Position numbers and translations under genes: made by a program
Source: Anaeramoeba ignava BMAN
Lineage: Eukaryota > Protista > Anaeramoebae
Direction of reading: 5' to 3'
NCBI GenBank assembly: GCA_028826165.1
Contig: JAPDFW010000033.1
Span: 496,001 to 560,000 of the forward strand
DNA: 64,000 nt
Notes under the pieces: generated by a model
Databases searched by the model: none
Seen by the model: the letters and a program-made list of their open reading frames with translations, nothing else
Told to the model about the DNA's origin: nothing
Shown: in pieces, positions 53,214 through 64,000 of the stretch
Numbering within the stretch: position 1 is the first letter of the stretch
How the letters are laid out: every line of letters starts with the position of its first letter

Positions 53214-54400
53214 ATGGATTTTAAAAATTTAATTACTTTAGGTATTGGTACATATATCCTTTCTCAATCTTGTTTTTATGTTCCATCTAATCAAAAAGCA
53301 CTTGTTTATCAAAATATTAAAATTTCAGAAATATTTTCAAAAAGAAATTTAAATGAAAAAAAAGGAGAAAAAAAAATAAAATATAAAATTGTAGGAAAAG
53401 GATTACATTTTAAAATTCCATTTGTTGAAAATTTCACAAGAATTGATATCAACTCAAATCCAAGATATATTCCAACAACTGCAATAACAAATTCCAAGCA
53501 AATGATAAGCATAACTGTTCATATTTTATCAAAACCAAATGTTTCTTATTTATCATTTTTATTTGATAATTTTGGTATTAATTTCCAAGATAAAATATTA
53601 TCAAGTATAGCAAATCATTCTATTGAATCTGTTTTTTCAAAATTAAACTTTTTGGATTTTATTAATAACTTGGAAATTGTTGAAAAAAAGATTGGAAAAA
53701 AATTAAAACAAGAAGCTTTGAAATATCATTTAGAAATTGATGAATTTTCAATTGTAATTTATTTATAATTTATAATTTATAATTTATTTAATTATTAATA
53801 ATTCCAAAATTAGACTCATATTGGTTTTGATACAGATTTTTCAAAAAAAATTGATTCTTTTAATTCTACATTAAATGAACTTGAAAAATCTGAAGAAAAA
53901 ATGGTAATTTTCAATTCATTTTTAATAAAATAATCCAAAAAGAAAAGAAAAGAAAGAAAGAAAATATTTATTTTTCTAAATCAAAAAAAAAGAGATTTAG
54001 CGAAGAAGAAAAAAAAAAGAATGATTTGATGGCAAATTTAGAATCTGAACAAATTATTCAAGTATTTATTATTAATTTATTTTCATTCAAATTTCAATTT
54101 AATTTTTCATTTTGATTCAAAATTTCTTTTATTTTTTTTCTAGATTGGAAATATTCTTAAAAAAAATCCACATTATCTTTCTTTAAAAAAAATGGGTTTA
54201 ATTTCTGGATTAACTCAAGCAATTTTAAAAGGAAATGAAAAAATTGAAATTAAAGATTTTCTTGAAAGTTTAAATCAATCTAAAAAAAGATTTGAAGGTA
54301 ATTTTTATTTTTATTTTTTATTTTTTTTGAATTTAAATTTAAATTTAAATTTTAATTAAATTGTTTGTTTTAAAAATTAGAAATTTATGATCTTCTTTAA
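53214..54400 (+). CDS. Divergent prohibitin (SPFH/band-7 family); 5 exons
   Basis: N-terminal TM, GKGLHFKIPF, PRYIPT, QMISITVHILSKP, DKILSSI, DEFSI|THIGF, GNILKKNPHYLSL. Four short GT-AG introns keep frame. Confidence 0.8.
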
Positions 54401-54445
54401 ATGATCTAAAAAAAAAGTAATTTGGATTGATTTGAATTTTTTCTT

Positions 54446-55835
54446 CTATTTTTCTTTTTGATTTTCTTCTTCAAATTCTTTTGGAAAGAAAACTTTCATT
54501 GTATTTTCGAATCTAATTAAAAAAGAATTAATTTAATTATTTAATTATTTAATAAATATTTTATTTTTTACATAATCTTTGAAATATCTTCAATCGATTG
54601 ATTTTTAATAACTGCAATTGCTTCAGCAACATGGCGAATAAAACAAGGTTCAATTCTACCTTTGACACATTTTCCTTTAATAAATTTCTCTTTTCTAACA
54701 GCTTCAAAAACTGTTTTTCTAAATCCACCAGTTGGATGAGATTGTCTAATTTCACAATCTTTTAAAAATAAAAATAAATTTATCAATGAGAAAAAAATAA
54801 TAAGAACTTTTTTTTTTGAACTAGCAAAAAATTATTAAATCAAAATTAAATTTTTTGTAAATAAATTTACAAGGGCAATCTGTATCAAGCATCATTCTTT
54901 CAATAGGAATTTCTTTAACCATTTCTAAATTTTCTTTTTGTTTTAATGAACATCCATTAACTCCAATATACATATTTAAATCTAATAAAGCTTTTAATTC
55001 TTCTAAAGGACCTGTAAAAGAATGAACAACTCCTTCTTTAAAACGTGATCGATTTTTTTGAAGGATATCAACAAAATCTTTTGTTGCATTTCTTGAATCT
55101 TTTTTTTGAGAATTTTTTTTGAGAATTTTTTTTGAGAATTTTTTTTGAGGAATTTTTTTTTTAAAGAATTTACGAAGAAAAAGTGGAAGATTTATTTTAT
55201 CAACAAGTTCAAATTGTTTTTGAAAAACTTCTTTTTGTTCTTCTTTTGTTGTATACCATAATCTATCATAATCTAATCCCATTTCACCAATTGCAACACA
55301 TAGACCTTGAGATTCTTGGATTAATTTAAGCATTTTTGCAAGATATTCTTCTTCATTTCCATCTTAAATAATAAATAAATTTTAAATTTTAAATAATAAA
55401 TAAATAAATAGTAAATTTTACCTTTTTTTAAATCATGAGCACTTGAAGGATGAACACCACAAGTAACTAAAAAAAATTATAAAAAAATTATAAAAAAATT
55501 ATATTTAATAAAATTATATTATTTTTTTTTACAATAAGCTGTTTTATGTTGTTTGCATAATTCAAATGCTTTTTGAGAGCTATTTAGTGTTGCTCCTGTA
55601 ACAATAGTTTTTTCAACACCATAAAAAAGAGATCTTTCAAAAACAGATTCTAAATCAGATTCATGAACTTTTTTCTTTTGATAAATTCCATAATAATTTT
55701 GATCTTAAAAATAAAATTTTTTTTAATTAAAATTTTAATTAATTTTTTAAATAATTTTTAAATATTAATTAAATAATAATTACCTGTTAAATTTGCTCCA
55801 ATATCAATAAATCTCAAATTATCAAATTTTTTCAT
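54446..55835 (-). CDS. TATDN1: TatD-family DNase (TATDN1-like); about 7 exons
   Basis: FIDIGANLT, TCGVHP, AIGEMGLDYDR, spliced LFLH|SRNA, GVVHSFTG, GVNGCSLK, KGRIEPC, ENTMKVFF. Confidence 0.9.
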
Positions 55836-55907
55836 TTAAAAAAAATTAAAAAAAAATTAAAAAAAAATGATTTTTTTAATTTTCATTTTTTTATTTTCTT
55901 ATTTAAA

Positions 55908-56580
55908 ATGTCAAAAAATACAGATTTAAAAAAAGAAGATGAAAAGATACAAATAATCACAGAAAGTGAATCAGAAAATGAATCAGAAAATGAATCAGAA
56001 CAACAACAACAACAACAAAGTGATTGGGATATTTTTATGACTAAATTTACAAAATTAGTAAATTATCTATTTCAAAATCAAATTCAAAATCAAAATTAAA
56101 ATTAAAATTAAAATTAAAATTAAAATTAAAATTAAAATTAAAATTAAAATTAAAATTAAAATTAAAATTAAAATCAAAATCAAAATTAAATTCAAAATTA
56201 AATTTAAAAATTAAAATTAAAATTAAAATTAAAATTAAAATTAAAATTAAAATTAAAAATAAAATTTAAAATTAAAATTAAAATCAAAATTAAAATAAAA
56301 ATTAAAATTAAAATTAAATTAAAATTAAAATTAAATTAAAATTTAAATTTAAAATCAAATTTAAAATTAAAATTAAAATTAAATTTAAAATCAAAATAAA
56401 AATCAAAATTAAAATTAAAATTAAAATAAGTTTGCAGAACCATTTATTTATGGAGCAGCTCTTGGTTTAGGTCAATCATTTGGACAAGCAGTTTTTGAAA
56501 AATGGTTTTCTTCTTGGTTTAAATCAAATGATAATGAAAAATTAAATTCAAATGATAAATCAGAAAAGAAAAAGAAATAA
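55908..56580 (+). CDS. Small 2-exon membrane protein (~99 aa), Mim1/Tom13-like motif; intron ~56058-56430
   Basis: Spliced ...DWDIFMTKFTKL|FAEPFIYGAALGLGQSFGQAVFEKWFSSWF.... Acidic N-terminus. The gene model is solid; the family is tentative. Confidence 0.55.
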
Positions 56581-56636
56581 AAGATTAAAAAATTTTTTTA
56601 ATTTTCATTTTTTCATTTTTTTTTAAATTTTATAAA

Positions 56637-57696
56637 ATGAAAAAAAATCCTCAATTTATTAAAGACGATTCAAATAAACCTTTAAAAAAAGGATTAGATT
56701 TTGAACTTGTTCATAAAATTCGACAAGAAATGAAAAACACAGAAAAAAATCAAACGCAAAGCAAAACATCAATTTATTGATCTATTTTCAACAACAGAAA
56801 AACAAGAAGAAGAACCAAAAACAGAAAAAGAAAAAGAAGAAAAGGAAACAAATGAAAATCCTTTTCAAAAATTTATTTCTGAACATGCAAAATTTATACC
56901 AAAAAATAACCCATTGATCCAAAACATGATCAAAAATCAACAACAAGAACAAGAAGAAACAGAAAAACCGCAAAGAAAAACACACACAAGAATAGGACAA
57001 GAAATATACCATTTATTATTTGAAAATCAAAACTTTAGATTATTTCAAAATGAGTCGAAATTAATTTCAACTCATCAGGTCCAAAAATTTCTTCCTCATC
57101 GAACAACATATATATTTGATATGAGGACAGATGACGAGCACGCACCAGAAATCCTCTTGAGAAGTGGAGACGGGATATCTGGGCAAATACCACATTTTCT
57201 AGTGGAAAATAACACAGAAATTTTGGAAAAAATGGAAGAAACAATTCAGTTGCTAAAAGAATTAAGTTGGTCATTTCCAGAATACAGAAAAATCAAAAAG
57301 AAACAACACATTCAGTCAGAAATTCAGAGAGTAAACAACCAAAAAAAACAACTTGAAGAGAGAATTCAATCACTTTCTAAGAAAATAGAAAATAAACAAC
57401 AAAACGAAATTATTTTCATGAAATTGGATCATCAAGTAAATGATATTTTTAAAGCTTCTTCCAAAATCGAGATTAACAAATCCCAACAAAAACCAAAGAA
57501 AATTCAAGTTAATCAATCAGACTCCAGTTTTTATTTGAATCTTTGTGGAATTCAAACGGAAGAACCTGAAGATAAAAAAAAAGATAAAAAGAAAAAAAAG
57601 AAAAAAAGAAAAAAAGGAATTACAAATTGGAATGATTTTCAAAAGAAAAATAAAAACAAAAATAAAAATCATAATCATAATCATAATTATAAATAA
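56637..57696 (+). CDS. Protein RED (IK) N-terminal-like spliceosomal protein; one-base frameshift in the A-run near 56745
   Basis: KKGLDFELVHKIRQE (cf. KGLDxxLLxKVR), FLPHRTTYIFD, PEILLRS. Removing one A joins the ATG at 56637 to the 260-aa ORF. Confidence 0.7.
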
Positions 57697-57833
57697 AATC
57701 TAAATTAAAAATTAAATTTATAAAAATCATTCCATTTTCTTTTTATTAATTAATTAATTAATTTTCAAAATTTTTGATGAAAGAAAAAAATTATAAAAAA
57801 TGTCAAATAAAAAATTTCTTTTTCTTCTTTTTA

Positions 57834-60800
57834 TTATTTATCTTCTTTTGGTTCTTTTTCATCTTTTTCTTGTTCTTGATTTTCATCTCCTTCATCATAA
57901 TTACTTGAATCATTAACAAAATCTAATAAAAAATCAAAATTAAATCAAAATTAAATTATAATTATAAAAATTAAAATAATTATTTTACTTGGTAATTGCA
58001 TATCTTTTGACCATGAATTTAAATTATCCCGAAGTAATCTTAAAACTAAACTTGCATCATGATAACTTTTATCAGATAAAGAATCAATTTTGTCAATTGC
58101 TTCTTCAAATGTTTTTTTTGCAAGAATATAAGCTTGTTGGAAATCATTTAAATTTTCATAATAAAGAACTGAAAAATTTAAAAAAAGTCCTAATCTTAAA
58201 GAATTTGTAATTTGAAGATGTTGATCCGCAATTTTGGATCCTTCTTGATAACAAAAAAGACTTTTTTGAACCATTTCATCTCTTTCTTTTCCAACAAGAA
58301 ATTCTGCTGAATATCGACAATAATCTCCTTTCCTTTTAAATTTAAATTTAATTTTTAAAAAAAAAAAACGGAAATTAGGGAAAATTTTTTTTTTTTTTGC
58401 TTTTTTAATTTTTAAATCAAAATTTACATTTTGTGAAAAAATACTTTACTTTCTGGATCTTTTAAATCCAAAAAATGTTTATCATCTACAAAGCCAATAA
58501 TTTCAAAACAAACTTCTCTTAATTCTTTTTCAATTTTCGTTCTTATTTCTTCTATTCTTTGAGAAAGTTCTTGATTTCCTTGAGTTGTTTCTCTGTGTTC
58601 AAAAAGGGTAAAAACTCTCCAAGAATTTCTACCAGTAGAAACCAAATTTTTATAAGCAACTGATAAAAGGTTTCTTTCTTCTATTGTTAATTCAGTTGTT
58701 CCAAGAACAATTTTTTTCATTGTTTGTCTCATTTCTTATAATTTAAATTAAATTTTGGAATTGATTTTATAAATAATTTTATAATTTAATAAATAATTTT
58801 ATATTTAATTTTATAAATAATTTTATAATTAATTTTATATATAATTTTATAAATAATTTTATAATTAATTTTATAAATAATTTTATAAATAATTTTATAA
58901 ATAATTTTATAAATAATTTTATAAATAATTTTATAATTAATTTTATAATTAATTTTATAAATAATTTTATATTTAATTTTATAAATAATTTTATAAATAA
59001 TTTTATAAATAATTTTATAATTAATTTTATAAATAATTTTATAAATAATTTTATAATTAATTTTATAAATAATTTTATAAATAATTTTATAATTAATTTT
59101 ATATTTAATTTTATATTTAATTTTTATAAATAAATTTATATAATTTTATAATTAATTTTATAAATAATTTTAATAAATAATTTTATATTTAATTTATATT
59201 AATTTTATATTTAATTTTATAAATAATTTTATAAATAATTTTATAAATAATTTTATAATTAATTTTATAAATAATTTTATAAATAATTTTATAAATAATT
59301 TTATAAATAATTTTATATTTAATTTTATTAATAATTTTATAATTAATTTTATTAATAATTTTATTAATAATTTTATAAATAATTTTATAAATAATTTAAT
59401 AATTAATTTTATAATTAATTTTATAATTAATTTTATAAATAATTTTTATAAATAATTTTTATAATTAATTTTATAAATTAATTTTATAAATAATTTTATA
59501 AATAATTTTATATTTAATTTTATAAATAATTTTATAAATAATTTTATAAATAATTTTATAATTAATTTTATAAATAATTTTATATTTAATTTTATAATTA
59601 ATTTTATATTTAATTTTATAAATAAATTTATAAATAATTTTATATTTAATTTTATTAATAATTTTATAAATAATTTTATATTTAATTTTAAAATAATTTT
59701 TTATAAATAATTTTATAAATAATTTTTATAAATAATTTTATAATTAATTTTATAATTAATTTTATTAATAATTTTATATTTAATTTTATATTTAATTTTA
59801 TAATTAATTTTTATATTTAATTTAATAAATAATTTTATAAATAATTTTATAATTAATTTAATAAATAATTTTATAAATAATTTTATAAATAATTTTATAA
59901 ATAATTTTATAATTAATTTAATAAATAATTTTATAAATAATTTTATAATTAATTTAATAAATAATTTTTATAATTAATTTTATAAATAATTTTATAATTA
60001 ATTTTATAAATAATTTTATAATTAATTTTTAAAATAATTTTATATTTAATTTTATAAATAATTTTATAAATTAATTTTATAAATAATTTTATAAATAATT
60101 TTATAAATAATTTTATAAATAATTTAATAAATAATTTTATAAATAATTTTATAAATAATTTTATAAATAATTTTATAAATAATTTTATAAATAATTTTAT
60201 AAATAATTTTATAAAATAATTTTATAAAATAATTTAATAAATAATTTTATAAATAATTTTATAAAATAATTTTATAATTAATTTTATATTTAATTTTATA
60301 AATAATTTTATAAATAATTTTTATAAATAATTTTATAATTAATTTTTATAAATAATTTTATAATTTCAATTTTATATTTAATTTTATATTTAATTTTATA
60401 AATAATTTTATATTTAATTTTATATTTAATTTTATAATTAATTTTATAATTAATTTTTATATTTAATTTTATAAATAATTTTATAATTAATTTTATATAT
60501 AATTTTTATAATTAATTTTATAAATAATTTTATAAATAATTTTATAAATAATTTAATAAATAATTTTATAAATAATTTTATATTTAATTTTATATTTAAT
60601 TTTTAGAATTGATTTTATAAATAATTTTATAAATAATTTTATATTTAATTTATAAATAATTTTATAAATAATTTTATAAATAATTTTATAAATAATTTTA
60701 TAAATAATTTTATAAATAATTTTATAAATAATTTTATAAATAATTTTATAAATAATTTTATAAATAATTTTATAATTAATTTTATAAATAATTTTATAAT

Positions 60801-61578
60801 TAATTTTATAATTTTTTATAAATATTTTTAAATAAAATAATTTTATAATAATTTTATATATAATTTTTATATTAATTTTATATTTTAATTTTATAAAAAT
60901 TTTATATTAATTTTTATATTTAATTTTAATTAGTTTTATAATTTTTATAAATAATTTTATAATTAATTTTATAAATAATTTTATATTTAATTTTTATAAA
61001 TAATTTAATAAATAATTTTATAATTAATTTAATAAATAATTTTATAAATAATTTTATATTTAATTTTATAAATAATTTTATAAATAATTTTATATTTAAT
61101 TTTATAAATAATTTTATAAATAATTTTTATAAATAATTTTATATTTAATTTTATATTTAATTTTATAAATAATTTTATAAATAATTTTATAATTATTTTA
61201 ATAATTAATTTTATAATTAATTTAATAATTAATTTTATAATTAATTTAATAATTAATTTTATAAATAATTTAATAAAATAATTTAATAATTAATTTATAA
61301 ATAATTTTATATTTAATTTTATAATTAATTTTATAATTAATTTTATATTTAATTTTATAAATAATTTTATAATTAATTTTATAATTGATTTTATATTTAA
61401 TTTTATAAATAATTTTATAAATAATTTTATAAATAATTTTATAAATAATTTTATAAATAATTTTATAATTAATTTTATAAATAATTTTATAATTGCGATT
61501 AAAATTACCTTCATATCTTCTTGATTGTTCACACATTTTTGCAACAAAAACCAAAAATTTTCTTTCTTCTAAATCCAT
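57834..61578 (-). CDS. 14-3-3 protein; 4 exons, large intron 58735-61508
   Basis: AKMCEQSRRYE|EM, EERNLLSVAYKN, KM|KGDYCRY, RLGLFLNFSVLYYE, LLRDNLNSW, acidic tail. Confidence 0.93.
58735..61508 (-). repeat. Intronic 12-bp satellite (TTTATAAATAAT)n, same family as 1-4275
   Basis: Same unit and same variants as the array at the window start. Confidence 0.9.
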
Positions 61579-61739
61579 TATTTCTTATTTATTTTATTTT
61601 CTATTAATTTATTTGTTTTAAAAAAAGAAAAAAATTGAAAAAAAAAAACAAAAAAAACAAAAAAAACAAAAATATTTTTTTTCTCCTTTAAATTTTTTTT
61701 TCTCCTTTTTTTTCTTTTTAATTTTTAAATAAAGAATTA

Positions 61740-62185
61740 TTTAGATCAAAAAATAATCAATTTGATCAAACAACTAAGATTAAGTAAATTAATAAAAGAA
61801 ACAAAAATATTCCAAATGGGAAAGAATTTATTTAAATGAAAATGAAAATGAAAATGAAAAAGATTTTATTATTGAAAGAAAAGAAAAACAATATAAATTT
61901 CCCAAATTAATATTAATAATGAGAAGTGAATTATATCGAGGAATGTTTTTATCTGTTACAAATGATACTTCAAATAAAGTTACAGATTATAGTGAATTAA
62001 GTAATAAATCATTTCAAATATTAGAATATTGGATTTATTCAAATCAAATTAAAGATGAAATTCAAATTACACAAGAAATTATTGATGAAATTAAAACTGG
62101 AATTGATTATTTTCAATTAAATCAAACAAATCCAAATTTATTTGATTTATTAATTAAAAAATTTAATAATCAAAATCTAAATTAA
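61740..62185 (+). pseudogene. Internally deleted, degenerate RCC1-BTB paralog fragment
   Basis: 61822-62155 is nearly identical to 63685-64000. It is preceded by a degraded RCC1 segment (AAATATTCCAAA, cf. 62943). No intact 5' part. Confidence 0.7.
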
Positions 62186-62243
62186 AATTAAAATTAAAAT
62201 TAAAATCATTTTTTCATTTTTTTCATTTTTTTCTTTTTCAAAA

Positions 62244-64000
62244 ATGAATGATTGTTTATTTTTTGGAAGAAATCAATATCCAATTCTTATCGAAAATAAA
62301 CCAAATAAAATAACAAAACCAATTCAATTTAAATTTGAAAATGAAAATGAAAATGAAAATGAAAAACAAATTAAACAAATTTCATCAGGTTATTTTGGAA
62401 CAATTTTCCTTTTTGAAAATGGAAAAGCAATAGAATGTTTAAAAGAAAATGATTCAAACCAAAATCCTTCAAAAATCCAAATTGAAGAAAATATTCAAAA
62501 AGTAACTTTTGGTGAACAAAATGAAGCTATTTTAACAATAGAAGGAAATGTATTTGCCAAAAGGAAGAGATATTAATCCAAATAATCGAAATGAATTTAT
62601 CAATATTTCATCATTAATTGAAGATACAAATGATAGAATAATTCAAGATATTGTTTCTGGAAACAAATCAATTTACTTATTAACTTCAAATCAAAATGCT
62701 TATGGAATTGGTGATAATCTATATGGCCAACTTGGTTTTGATTCTGAAACACTTGAAGAAACAGAAAAACCAATTTTAATGATGAAAAATGTTTCTAAAA
62801 TATTTTCAGGAAATATTTCACTTCATGTTTTTCTTTTAAATACAAATCAAGAATTATTTGGATGCGGATATAATTCATTTGGCCAACTTGGATTAGGAGA
62901 ATCAATAAAAAAAATAAAAATCCAAAAATTAACCAAAATCCAAAATATTCCAAAAGGTAAAATAATTGATATTCAATGCGGATTTAATCATTCAATAATG
63001 TTGATTGAAAATGAAAATCAAAATGAAAATCAAAATGAAAATCCAAAAAGAAAACTTTATTCATGTGGTTATTCTCGATTAAATGGACTTGGCAAAAATG
63101 AAAATACTTATGAATTTACTGAAATCAAATCATCCTTATTTGAAAATGATGATAATATTCTTGATTTTTCTGTTGGAAGATATCATACTTTGATTTTAAC
63201 TTCAAAAAGGAAATTAAATGGATTTGGAAGTAATCAATATGGTCAATTAGGAACTGGAGATACAAATCATCAATCCATTCCAATTCAAATTGAATTTCCT
63301 AAATTAAGATTTAATGAAAATATTTCTAATTATCATATTTATTGTGGATTTAATAATTCATTTATTTATTATTCTCTTTTTCTTTCTTCTTTTTCCAATC
63401 TTGAAGAAGATTTGATAAAATTATTTAAAAGAAAAGAATTTTGTAATATTTCATTTAAAACAGAAAATGGAGAAATAATTGAAGCTCATAAATTAATATT
63501 GAAATATAGATTAAATCAAAATGAAAATCAAATTGAAAAACTTCAAGAAATTATTTCAAAAAAATCAATTAAAGAATCAAATCAAATATTTGAAATGATT
63601 TATTCAAACACAAATAAATCCAAAATTATATTCTGAAATTAAAGAAATTATAAATTCAAATGAAAAAATTGAAGAAACAATGAAAAGAATTTATTTAAAT
63701 GAAAATGAAAAAGATTTTATAATTGAAAGAAAAGAAAAACAATATAAATTTCCAAAATTAATATTAATAATGAGAAGTGAATTATATCGAGGAATGTTTT
63801 TATCTGTAACAGAAGATAAATCTAATAAAGTTAGAGATTATAGTGAATTAAGTAATAAATCATTTCAAATATTTGAATATTGGATTTATTCAAATCAAAT
63901 CAAAGATGAAATTCAAATTACACAAGAAATAATTAATGAAATTAAAATTGGAATTGATTATTTTCAATTAAATCAAACAAATCCAAATTTATTTGATTTA
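62244..64000 (+). CDS. RCC1-repeat plus BTB domain protein; frameshifts near 62560 and ~63610-63655; runs off the window end
   Basis: GxNxxGQLG repeats, CGFNHS, GRYHT, then BTB (AHKLILKYR) and a second BTB (FPKLILIMRSELYRGMF). Confidence 0.82.

Noticed and set aside
57834-58732. 14-3-3 as a binding-dead pseudo-adaptor
   Set aside because: Although divergent, the phosphopeptide-binding Lys, Arg and Arg-Tyr residues (AYKN, GRNSWR, DYCRY) are retained.
18380-63655. Programmed ribosomal frameshifting as the explanation for split ORFs (~18385, 35190, 38160, 56745, 62560, ~63610-63655)
   Set aside because: Directions are mixed, there is no shared slippery motif, and most sit in A/T homopolymers typical of long-read errors. 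Needs short-read polishing; 38160 and the RCC1-BTB shifts could be real pseudogenisation.

Overview
Extremely AT-rich, gene-dense eukaryotic genomic DNA with the standard genetic code and GT-AG spliceosomal introns. The gene repertoire (RCC1-BTB and BTB-BACK-TLDc families, a bacterial-type citrate lyase subunit, a divergent prohibitin, TCATT initiator-like motifs) suggests an anaerobic protist, possibly an Anaeramoeba-like metamonad; this is inference only. I reconstructed about 23 genes or gene fragments by reading splice sites by hand. Rad1 and several exons are missed by the ORF track, and most of its short low-complexity ORFs are translations of intronic satellite DNA. Main points: (1) an intronless, solitary bacterial citF (citrate lyase alpha / family II CoA-transferase) with a host-type initiator motif; (2) large introns built almost entirely from intron-specific tandem repeats that avoid AG on the sense strand and often end in A-rich acceptors; (3) a tandem pair of adhesin-like surface protein genes with one hypervariable block, different 13-nt first exons and differentially expanded intron satellites; (4) a small two-exon gene resembling fungal Mim1; (5) a ~153-bp intergenic satellite array; (6) a strand-specific TTTTCATTTT motif upstream of most start codons. 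Several single-base frameshifts lie in homopolymers and are probably assembly errors.
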